From positions 124,001-188,000 of the forward strand of contig RSEE01000069.1 of assembly GCA_003971905.1 (NCBI GenBank): a stretch of 64,000 bases of DNA, read 5' to 3'. This document shows, piece by piece, positions 48,778 through 59,260 of this stretch (positions are counted from its first letter, which is position 1; every line of letters starts with the position of its first letter). A program made the position numbers and the translations under genes. The notes beneath the pieces were generated by a model. The model searched no databases. It was given only the letters and a program-made list of their open reading frames with translations, and was not told the origin of the DNA. Origin of the DNA: Moniliella sp. 'wahieum'. Taxonomy: Eukaryota.

Positions 48778-50509
48778 ATGGCCATCGTCCACCCTGGCCC
48801 AGACCGGCCCGCTCACCCTCGTCCTGGGCGGCGCCGCCCTCGTCTTGCTCCTCCTCCTCGCCATGTACCCCGACCGGCCCCTCGGCGTGCGCGCCGCCCA
48901 GCCCGGCATCCCCACCCCCCCCGGCTGCTACGCCTTTGTCGGCCACTGGTGGTTGGTCCGCCAAGGCCTGCTGGGCAAGCTCGAAGGCGTGCTTCGCTTC
49001 ATCCTCCAGTACCAGCAGACCATCGCCCCTGGCGGAATGCCCCTCAGCTTCTGCATCCCCTTTAGTCTCCGCGGCCGCACCCTCGTTCTCAATCGGCCCG
49101 AGTACATCGAGTACATCCAGAAGACCAACTTTGACAATTACCCCAAGGGCTACTTCCAGGGCTCTACCATGGCCGACCTGCTCTCCCCCGAAGGCATCTT
49201 TGTCGCCGACGGCAACACCCTGGAAGCAAGTAAGTGCGCCCCCACTCCCCCACTCCCCCCCGCCACTGTACATCGCGCCGACGCTGACCTTTCCTTTGGT
49301 CCTTAGCAACGCAAGCTGGCCAGCCGCATTTTTAGCGTCAACAATTTCCGCGAGCACGTCCAGACCACTGTGCACCAGCAGATTGGGCGTCTGCAAGGTC
49401 TGGCGAGCGAGTGTGCGGCCGAGTCGACGCGGGTCAACCTACCGGACCTCATGTTCCGCTTCACCCTCGACTCGTTCCTCGAAATGGCGTTTGCCGCGCC
49501 GCTGGGCAGCCTGCCCACCGAACCCAAGGGCCTCGCTCACAATGTTGCGTTTGCCAAGGCGTTTGATTGGGCCCAAGTGGTGGTGATGAAGCGCTTTCTC
49601 AACCCGCTATGGATGTGGACCGAGCCCTTCACCTCGACCGGGCGCAAGATGCGAGAGGCAATCAAGACGATGCACGGCACGTGCACCCAGATTATTGACC
49701 AGCGCTTTGCCGCCATCGAGCGGGGCGATGCGAATGTGAGCAAGAGCAAAGGGACAGGGAAAGATTTGTTGCAGTTGTTCATTGACCAGGGCTGTGATCG
49801 CGACATGCTGGTCACTGTCTGTCTCAACTTTATCATTGCTGGGCGCGACACGACGGCGCAAGCATTGGGCTGGGCGTTTTACATGTTGCATCAGAACCCG
49901 CGCGTGGTGGCCAAGTTGCGCCAGGAAGTGGCCGAGGTGTTGGGTGCGCCCGAGTCACAGCGTCCGATGGACTATGACGATTTGAAGAACATGCCCTACG
50001 CCCAAGCGGTGTTTAACGAGACGTTGCGCTTGTGGCCGTCGGTGCCTAAGAATGCCAAGCTGGTACTGGAGGACGATGTGATTGTTCCCTCGACCTCGTT
50101 CAAGGAGGGGTACGGCACGGGCGTGGAGCCAGTTCGGCCGGGCCAGCTGCCGAATGTGTTTGCGCAAAAGGGCACCACTGTGCTCTGGTCCGATTGGGTC
50201 ATGGGTCGCATGCCCGAAATTTGGGGCGAAGATTGCACCGAGTTCAAGCCCGAACGGTTCTTGCACCCGGACGGCACCTTGCGCACCTTTAGCCCCTACG
50301 TCTTCCATGCGTTCAACGCCGGGCCTCGCTTGTGCCTCGGCCAGACGCTGGCCACGTACGAAGGGTGTGCAGTGATGGCGGCCTTGCTGGGCAAGTTTGA
50401 CGTCCAGCTGTTTGACGACGAGCTGGCCGCGTCTCCACCCGACTTTGCCGAGTCGCTGACACTGCCCATCAAGAACCAGTACTATGCGCGCTTCGTGCCG
50501 CGCGAGTAA
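48778..50509 (+). CDS. Cytochrome P450, fatty-acid omega-hydroxylase-type clan (CYP52/CYP86-like)
   Basis: N-terminal TM, TNFDNYPKG, GIFVADG, I-helix IIAGRDTTAQAL, ETLR, KPERF, heme motif FNAGPRLCLG. Intron 49230-49306. Confidence 0.95.
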
Positions 50510-52105
50510 CGAACGAGTCAGGCCGGCAGACGGTTGGTGTTTCGTCTCGATGGTTTATTGTGGTTTCACGGCATCATGCATCCTGCATCCTTGCTTTGGT
50601 GTTGTTCAGATTATGTACCCCCCATGACGGAGAGGAGGCACAGCAGTACAGGCTGTGGTGTAGGCCATAGGCGCACGGACATGGAGTTTGGTTTGGTTTC
50701 GGGCTCTGTCAGCATGTCAACCGAACTGAACTCGATTCAGGTTGAGAAGTTGAGTCCGAGTCCGAGTCGGTCTCAGTCGGGGCCAGGTGAGATCCGAGAT
50801 CCGAGATCAGAGATCTGAAATCTGACATGTGACACGAGGAAGTGCTATCGGATGACATTCTTAGTGCCTTCGCAGCCTCCGCTTGCTTCTGTTGGAGGGT
50901 AGTGCTGGGCTTGCACGGCCCTCGGTGGATCGCGGAAGAGTTCCGCTCGCAGGGCGCACGCGCCCTGCTCGCTTCATTTCCCTTCTCTCTCTCCTGTCTC
51001 CTTCCGTCCCTTCAACTCGATGTTGCCTGAAGACTTGTGGCTCACCTCTTTGCCTTCACGCCTGTCTGAAGGCGGATTTGCAGCTGATCCGTAGGACCCA
51101 TCGCACTCTAGCAGCTTCATCTGCTTCGCTCTGTCAACATCTATGCCAGTGTGATGGGGTCTAGAGATGAGGAGGGGGTTACCAAAAAGGGGTCAACCAA
51201 TAGTCAGCATCATCGATCAGTGGGAATCCTTTATCCCACCTTCCGTTCTCGTCCCTTCCCGCCTTTCCTGTCCAACTCCTGAACGTTTCCAGCCAATTGA
51301 TTCAGTAATACAGGCAACCTCTCGTCTCCACTTAGCTGCATCTCATCATCCAACCTCGTCCTCCAGCTTTCCATCTGCCCAGTCGCGCGAGCCTTCCTTC
51401 AGCGGCGTCGATTCCCCCTACCACAGCACATGGCGTGGGTTCCTTACGTTACTACCCCCAAGCCGGCGCATACGCAGCCCTGCCAAGCGTGCGGCCACTC
51501 GGCTTCAAGCCCAAAGGCATGTCCGCGCCATCCTTCCGCTGATCCCCTTTGCCCCCCCCCCCTCCTCTTCTTGTCCCCACCCCCGTATCGTTGTGGCAAA
51601 TACCCCAATTGCTCTTCACATCTCCTCCTGGCTCCCCACCACTCCGCCTTGTGCCACGGTTACTCGGTTACTCTTTGCACAACCGCTCCCCTTTTAAGGT
51701 AGTGGAGGGACGCGTCGACGCGACTCTGTCATATGCCCGATCATTGGCGAGCCCCACCCACCCGTCACGTGGTCGGCGGGCAGTAGGGTTGCACATTTCT
51801 TTTGCCTGCTCGAACATGGAATAAAGAGATGCATGTGACAGCCGCCCGTGTTGGAGTTTCTTTTTCTTTTCTTTTTCTTTTTCGTGGCAACAGTGCACAG
51901 ACCACCGGGCCTGGCGCATGACAGGGTGACGCGTGACGAGAGTGCCGTGTCGCTCCGCCCCTGGGAGGTGCAACGTGCAAGACTCAGGCTGCGTATCTAA
52001 GCCGCAGCAAGAGTCGGATCCAGTTGTGGCCAACCCACCAGCCAACGTTCAACAGAAGCACTGGTTTGACCTCGCCGTTCCATCCGTCCATCCATCCATC
52101 TATCC

Positions 52106-53062
52106 ATGTCGTCCGCCTCCTCTGCGTTGCCGTACCGGTGGCTGTCGGCGCCTGCGCCACCGGCGCTTCCGAGCGGGTACACAGAGCATGTGCTGGAGCG
52201 TCCGGACGGTGCGAGGATCGTGTACCTCGAGTGGAACGCTTCCTCGCGTCAGTTTGCCGACCGTCTGGGCCCGCCGGTCTTTCTCCATGGCGGCTTGGCC
52301 AGCAGCGAATGTTGGGCGCATCAAATCGAGCATGTGCTGCAGACCTACCGTCCCGCAGGCCAGCCCGCGTGGGTCATCTCGATTGATTCGCGTGGTCAAG
52401 GTCGGTCTGGGTTTGGCCAGCTCAACTTCCCCGCCGGCACGACGGCGCGCACACCGCATCTGACCTACACGCAGATGGGCGACGATACGGTGGCGGTGCT
52501 GGAGGTACTGTCGATTGGACGGGCGCGGCTGGTGGGCTGGTCGGACGGGGCGATTTTGTGCTTGGACCTGTTGCTACGGTACGCTGAGCACATTGGCACG
52601 GCGTATGCGTTTGCTGCCAACTACGATACGAGTGGCTTGTACCACGGCCCGCCGAGCCCGGCAACGAAAGAATCGGATACCTGGGCCCAGGCTATTTACC
52701 AGCGCGTCAACCCGCACCCCGACTGGGACGCCGTCAAGGCCGCCGTGCATGGCATGTGGACCTCCCAGCCCAACTGGACCCTGGACCAGTTTGCCGACGC
52801 AGCACGGATCAACAACCCGCCCCAAGCCCTCTTGACCGCCACCACGCCTGGTCACCCCAACGCGACAGCGCGCATCTGGATCGTCGATGGCGACCACGAA
52901 GAAGCTGTGGCCATCGAACAGGCTTACCAACTGGCCAAGGTCATGCCCCAAACTACCTTGCTCATCTTACCGGCCACCTCGCACTTTGCCATGGTGCAAG
53001 AACCCGCGACGTGCAATGCGACCTTGGACGCCTTCCTGGCGTACCAGCCGCCCGAAGCGTAA
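52106..53062 (+). CDS. Alpha/beta-fold hydrolase (GWSDG nucleophile type), intronless and intact, 318 aa
   Basis: VFLHGGL oxyanion loop, DSRGQGRS, GWSDGA (~52535-52552), DGDHEEAV acid, SHFA histidine. Confidence 0.93.
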   Translation: MSSASSALPYRWLSAPAPPALPSGYTEHVLERPDGARIVYLEWNASSRQFADRLGPPVFLHGGLASSECWAHQIEHVLQTYRPAGQPAWVISIDSRGQGRSGFGQLNFPAGTTARTPHLTYTQMGDDTVAVLEVLSIGRARLVGWSDGAILCLDLLLRYAEHIGTAYAFAANYDTSGLYHGPPSPATKESDTWAQAIYQRVNPHPDWDAVKAAVHGMWTSQPNWTLDQFADAARINNPPQALLTATTPGHPNATARIWIVDGDHEEAVAIEQAYQLAKVMPQTTLLILPATSHFAMVQEPATCNATLDAFLAYQPPEA

Positions 53063-53743
53063 AGTGACGAGCAACAGCGCAGACCACCCCACTCCACCTG
53101 GGTGGGTCCCCGAGCAAACGGGTTGCACGATAGAATAGTATACTCCCCGCTCCTCTCATTCCCCACCCCCGTGCCTCGTGTCGGGCCCAGCGCCCACTCC
53201 GGAATACCTTGTTACACGCACTACTTGCTATCCAGTCGGGGCAGCACCAAGGGGGCAGAATACAGTTGTGCCCATTACGGGAAAGAGAAGCAAACCAAGC
53301 GAGGTAGCAGGGGAGCACATGCGCCTGCCTATGTGCCGGCCCGCCACTCCGCTGGTCTGCTGGGAACTGCAGGGGGGGAGGATGCCGGGGAGAGGGGGGG
53401 GGTAAAAGGTGAAAGGGAACGGGAACGGGGTGTTTTTGGATGAGCGAGCAACGGACTGTGAGGGGCAAGCGAAAGGATGAGAACTCGCCCCGGGGAGGAA
53501 CCAACAAGGGACACGAGCGAGAAAAAAGGCAAAGAGGAGCAAAAACGTTTAGCTGAAGGAGGGGGAGAGAGAGAGCAAAAAAGAGGGGTGTCTTGCTGAG
53601 GAGAACGTGGAAGGGTGTGTAGACAAAGACCAAGAAGAACGAAGGGAGGAAAAAGAAAGGTGGAATGGAAGGGCCAGGGCCAGGGATGGGCCGCAGGGGG
53701 ACGGCGATAGCAACGGCAACGGCAACGGGGACGGGGACGGCAT

Positions 53744-54880
53744 TTACGCATGGGCCAAGACAAATGGGTTGGGCCCCGACGCTTGCAGCGGGTCCGCACT
53801 GACCGACTGGTGCGGCTGCAACGCAGCCCAATCGGGCAAAGGCGCAAACGAGTCGTGCGGGTTGAACGCCGAGGCATCGTACATGCTCAACGAGTCGGCC
53901 GAGATCATCGACTGCCGCTGGGCCGGGACGATAACCTGAGACTGGCGCGCTTTCGAGATACGAGACTGGCGCGGTGCACCGCGCCGGCCCCCCGTGCTAC
54001 GGCGACCGACAAAGTCACCTTCTTCCTGGTCCCACCGCGTGCTTTGCGGCCGACCGACGCCAGGGCCGGTCGAGGTCACCGTCTTGCGTCGGGCAGAGAG
54101 GTTGCCTTCGGGCATATCGGCCGGATTGGGGTCCATGTAGCGCGAGGTGCGCGACATGCGCGATTGACGACGGGATTTGGCCGTGGTAGATTGACGCGAG
54201 GTGGTGGTAGAGAGGCGGTACTTGCTCATCCGTTTCCCATTCGACGCCGGTGGCGGCCCATCAATCACTGTGCTCCGTCGGGCCCGTTCGCGATCCAGAC
54301 GTGTCTCGGCCGCCTGGCGGGAAGCGTCGTCGGCATCGGGACCGGCCATGTTGATGGTCATTTCGCGGCCGTTGTAGTTGACCATGCCAGGCGCGCTCGG
54401 TGCCGGGGCACTGTCGTAGGGCAACAGCGAGGCTGGCGTAGCGGAAGAAGCCAAAGCACCCGGACCACGTCGGGCGGCCGCCGCAGGACCCGGGAAGTCT
54501 ACCCCAGAAGAACCCGAGCGACCATGGAGAGAAGCATTGCCAGCCAAGCTCACCGCCGACTCCCCCCCAGCTAGGGGGGCTGCGGAGCCAAGCAAAGCCT
54601 TGTGGTCCACATCAAGTGGCGACTTGCTCGTCCCGCTCGCATCCGACTTGGGACGGGATGCGGCACTGGGCTGGAACATGCCCGGTTGGGCTGGGCCAGC
54701 CTGGGCGTAGGGGAAGGCCTCTTGCCGGGGCGCGTTGGTGTGGCTCAAGATGGAGGCGAGCAGGATGCACAGGACAAACACGCCGACCAGCACGCAGATC
54801 ATGGCAATAATCGCATTGATCGTGATGCCAGAGGTGTTGTCGAAGCGGAGCAGTTGGTCCGCCGCCATGGTCTTAACCAT
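53744..54880 (-). CDS. Single-pass membrane protein with an Arg/Ser-rich cytoplasmic tail
   Basis: MVKTMAADQ.. followed by hydrophobic IIAMICVLVGVFVLCILLASIL and a long open frame to TAA at 53744. The true start may lie further upstream. Confidence 0.7.
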   Translation of the reverse strand: MVKTMAADQLLRFDNTSGITINAIIAMICVLVGVFVLCILLASILSHTNAPRQEAFPYAQAGPAQPGMFQPSAASRPKSDASGTSKSPLDVDHKALLGSAAPLAGGESAVSLAGNASLHGRSGSSGVDFPGPAAAARRGPGALASSATPASLLPYDSAPAPSAPGMVNYNGREMTINMAGPDADDASRQAAETRLDRERARRSTVIDGPPPASNGKRMSKYRLSTTTSRQSTTAKSRRQSRMSRTSRYMDPNPADMPEGNLSARRKTVTSTGPGVGRPQSTRWDQEEGDFVGRRSTGGRRGAPRQSRISKARQSQVIVPAQRQSMISADSLSMYDASAFNPHDSFAPLPDWAALQPHQSVSADPLQASGPNPFVLAHA

Positions 54881-57678
54881 GGAATTGACGGCCTTGCGGT
54901 CGCCAGTCTCGATGGAAGCGGAGGCGCTGCTGGAGACGGACACGGCGCGGACAAACGCATGCGGAAGATGGGCGAATGCGGTGGGAGTAGGGGGGGCATG
55001 GGCGGGGAGGGGGGAGGGGGAGGGGGCGGAGGGGGTAATGAGCGTGTGGGGGTGCGGGTGGTGTAGTGTGGTGTGGAGATGGGGCGGGAGGCTAGGGAAG
55101 GGAGTCAACCCAGAGGAAACGAGCGGGAAAGGCGGTGTGGGAGCGGGGGATGGGGCGAGCGGCGGACAACAGGCGACACCGCCAGCAGTGCCGTGCGCAG
55201 GGGAGGGATGAGGAGGTGGTGGGGGCGGAGGGGCGGGGGACGAGGGGAGGAAGAGGAAGAAGGCCGAAGGGAGTGGGCCAGCCAGTGGCACCATAACCAC
55301 AGGGTGGGCTGTGGCTGCTCGGTCGCGCCGTGCTGCGCTGCGCCAAGCACTGCTCGGCTGGGTCGGGCGCCACCGAAATGGGGCGCGCGGCAGAGTGGCA
55401 GTGTGACGCCACGCTGGCACCCGAGCGCTGCGAGCGCAGACGCACAGCAGCACACGCCCGCCACTGTGCCTGGAGGCCAAGACTGCTCGGCGCACGCACG
55501 CTGGCCTGGTGCGGCCTGGTGCGCCGCTGCAGGCCTGCCGTCTGGCCGCACGGGGCACGCAGTGTACTGAGCACTGGCCCCGCGCGCCCGCGCCTGGCCA
55601 CACAGGCGCCGCGCCACAGATCGGCGTGATCGCCCCCCGAACCGGTGAGACTCGGCCCCACTGCGATCGGCCCAGACGCCCAAGCCACAGCGGCTGGGTG
55701 CGGCCAGCCAGCGCGGCGCACCAGCCTCCCGCCACCACCAGCCCATGGCCGCGCACAGGGCGTGCTAGGCCCTAGCCAGTCCGTACCTCAATTCAATATG
55801 CAACCCGCCAGCCTCGCTACCACCCAAGCGCTTTGCTATTGCATCCCCAACCACCCCCTCTGTCTGCCCTGTTCATCGTGAGCGGCAGATGGGCTGCGTG
55901 GGCAACACTGTTCCCGTTTTTGATGTTGAACGTGCCCTGGCACCAACTTGAAATGAGGAAGAAACACACATCACCGCCTCGTCACTAACCCTGACCCTGC
56001 GCTCCTCCACGTACAACCAACCAGCATAGCACCGTTACTCATGGGCAGCATTCGCCAACTGGGCAAAGTCAGGGGGCGATCAGGTAGCCCAGCTGAGCCA
56101 TCATACAACAGCTTTTTAACGCCACCCTTGGTGTCCAGCACCCCGCACAACCTGTCGTGAGTGGCCAGCGTCTGGTCGGCAAGCAGGACGTACAAAAGAC
56201 GACACGTCCCCGTAACGATGCCCACGGCTTCAATGGCGTAAAGTTTGGATTCTGCCAATGGATCAGAGTGTATCATCTTGCAATGTGCTTTGGGGTGCAA
56301 ACAAGGCTTGGCTCCGGTTCCAAAGTCATGCTTGAAAACGGTAACTACTACTTACACAGAGGTGCGAGCGCATCATCTTGCCCCATCAACCGGTTCTTGG
56401 CATTCTTCTTGCGCACCATCAACTGTACACGCGGCGTCTCGTTGCTCTCCCAATCGTCCTAGTCCATCGGCCGCTGCACATTGGGCTCATAGGCCTCACG
56501 CTGTACGTGCGCTTCTTTGGAGTAATTTGGGTGTCTCCCGGGGGTACAGAGTCGAAGGAACAAAAGGAGACTCCATAGGTACGGATACAGCGATAGAGAT
56601 GCAGAAAACAATCAACGATAGTATAATACCGCCAGGGAAGAGTCGCAAACGTTTCGATGTAAGAACAACCCCTTCACAGTCCTCCGGGAAAAGCCCGTGA
56701 TAGTTGCGATTTGTTCATGAGCGGACAAACTGGGAACGCGCGGGAAGGAGAATGGGAGGACACCGGGTTGAGCACCTCGGACTCCGGTGGTGGAGCTGCC
56801 GAGTGCCAGGGTAAGCGATCCTGTGTCAGAAAGGTGAGCGACGAAATTTAATCACGATCATCCGTGGATAGAAGAGAGAGGGGGAGGGTTGGTGAGGGCG
56901 GTTTATAGAGAAGGCCGCAGCACATGATATTGGGACGATCGATGTAACCGTACCGATCTCTTGGGCCGAGAGCGGCGACTCTCCAAATCCACATCTGACT
57001 GGGCATCTATGCTTCGTGGGTGTGCATAAGCGCACGAGTTACGCAGCAGTCCTACGCTCCACTTGGTTCATCCCTTTCTTCGTGCGCCAGCCGCTGCACT
57101 GCCCTAGCTCGGTGTCTTCCGGTATGGTCTCTGTGTCCAAACGAACACCACCAACCAACCAAGCTGAGTTGATGATGAGGAAGGAGCTGTGATAAAACGG
57201 CCTGGTTCCTGCAGGTACGAGGGGGAGGGAGGGGCATAGGCGGTATGCCGCCTCTGTCAGTCAGGTATTGCCATTTCTGCTTGGAACATTTTCTGTCTTG
57301 CTTGAGACACGGATAAGGAGCACTTTCGAGCGCAGCGTCAACGTAACGACGAGGAGATATACATGTGCATGAGCGGAAAAAAACAAACACGATAGCGTAC
57401 GCCGCCACAGCACTTCGGATTGAAGCCATTGACCGAGATGGCTTGGAAATAACGGGATGATTGGTGCTATTTACCCTACTGTGGCTATCCGGGCTTACAC
57501 CGTGTGGAGGGAATCAAGGTGAATATATAACATAACAAGTCAAGACAGTAAGATGATCGTGTGTGTGAAAGTACAAACAGAGAGCAGCAGCAGCAAGTAG
57601 GAAGCACCGAACGGAAAGTGTTGAGGAGCGAGGCATGCGGACATGGGGAATAGGGCAGAATGGGCAGAAGATTGGAGC

Positions 57679-58622
57679 TCAGAGGAAATAGGTGTTCAAC
57701 TGAATCTGGGTCAAGACAGCCACCAAAAACTGCATCACCCAGGCTCCCAGCTGAGAGAAGTGGGCACCAACGCGTTGGGACAGCGGTGGATCGCCGGTAC
57801 GCACCCTGGTTACTGTGATCACCGCCGTCCTGCCGTCCTGGGCAATGTTGTGATTGATGCCATGCACCCCTGGTTCCAACAACCCCGTCACAACTCCACC
57901 TTGGCAGACCATTCCCAGTTCCGGTAGGGGCCGCCGGCAAGCGAAGCATTGGCCAACAAGTCACGGCCATGGTTGTACCCGTCTTTAATAATCTTGTGTT
58001 GGTACGCCAAGTTCTTCTCTGCAGATACAGCGAGGAACCAAGCGCCCGTTTGACTTAGGGGGCCGTACTGTTTCCATGCTGCAGCCATCGAATCAGTCAG
58101 TACACACTTTCTCTGCCCGAACAATGACGGCGGTGGGACGTACCTCGGAAATGATTGCCACCCGAGACGGATTCGACAGGAGCCAATGGTGCGCCCAGCG
58201 TCCCAGGCATTGACTTCACGGTACTCAAACCGTTCCTCCACCATGCCGTTTCCATCACCCAGGTCGGCGCGCATGGGCGTACCCAGGTGCATGTCGAGGC
58301 ACTCGAAGCTAAAGCCAATCGAGCGGACGTAATCCCGAAAGCCGGCATCGGACAACACATATGGGTCCGAGTGGCCCGATCAATCGCATTGATAGGTTCG
58401 CGCATACCGTTCTCGACGAGCAGTAGCATGCTGCCGCCTACCAGGGAGGGATCGGTGTACCCGCGCCCGGCATGCAGTCGTTGAGGTAGGACAGCTCCGG
58501 TTCCTCGGGCACAGGGCCGTGGGGGTGAGGTCGAGAGCGGCGGGCAGGGCGAGGGCACTGGGGAAAAGAAGGGCGGACCAGGCGGTTAGCCGGAGGAGGC
58601 GGGAGAGGCGGAGGGAAACCAT
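57679..58622 (-). CDS. Secreted protein of a conserved basidiomycete family (frameshifted)
   Basis: Signal peptide MVSLRLSRLLRLTAWSALLFPSALA, GGSML, EPINAI, RSIGFSFECL, ADLGDGNG, ESVSGGNHFR|AWKQ, GAWFLAVSAE, DGYNHGRD, GINHNIAQDG. Intron 58079-58143. Confidence 0.8.
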
Positions 58623-59260
58623 GGTGGATGCGGGTATGCTGTGCCGTGCCCCCGGGGGAGATGGTGGTAGGTGGGGAGATAGGGGTGCGGCGCGTGCTGA
58701 GTACCACTGCGGACACAGGCTGGTTGCGGGTGTTGCCGGGTTGGCCGACACAGTCGCCCCGTGCGGACGCCGCTGAGCGCAGACGGGGAAAAGGGAGCAG
58801 CTGCTGGCAGCAGCCCAGTGTGGCCCACACGGCGGGGTACCAGGCAGGGGGCAGCCTCTGGGAGCGGCCAAGCACAGCGCTGCGGACACAGGTGGCATGC
58901 GGCCCAAGGACTGTCCCGCAGCGAGCTGCGAACAGCCAAAGGCCCGCATGGGGGCTGTCTAGCCGGCGTTTGGAGCCCACGCAGGCACTGTCGCCCCATC
59001 GCCGCGTCTCCTGTCGGGAGCGTGCCGAGACGCGGAGGACGGCGGGCTGCGGGGCACTAGGCTGCACTAGGCTGCACTAACCTGCTCTAGCTGCTCTGAC
59101 TACACCAGGCACTCGAACCAATCCCACCCCCAGCGGCTGCTGCTGCTGCGGATCCACCCTCTGCCGGCACCCGTTCTTAGCACACAGGGAAGGCACAGAG
59201 GCAGACCAGAGAATACGGCATCTCATCCATCGCTCGCTCCGCCCTCTCGTCCATGCCACC

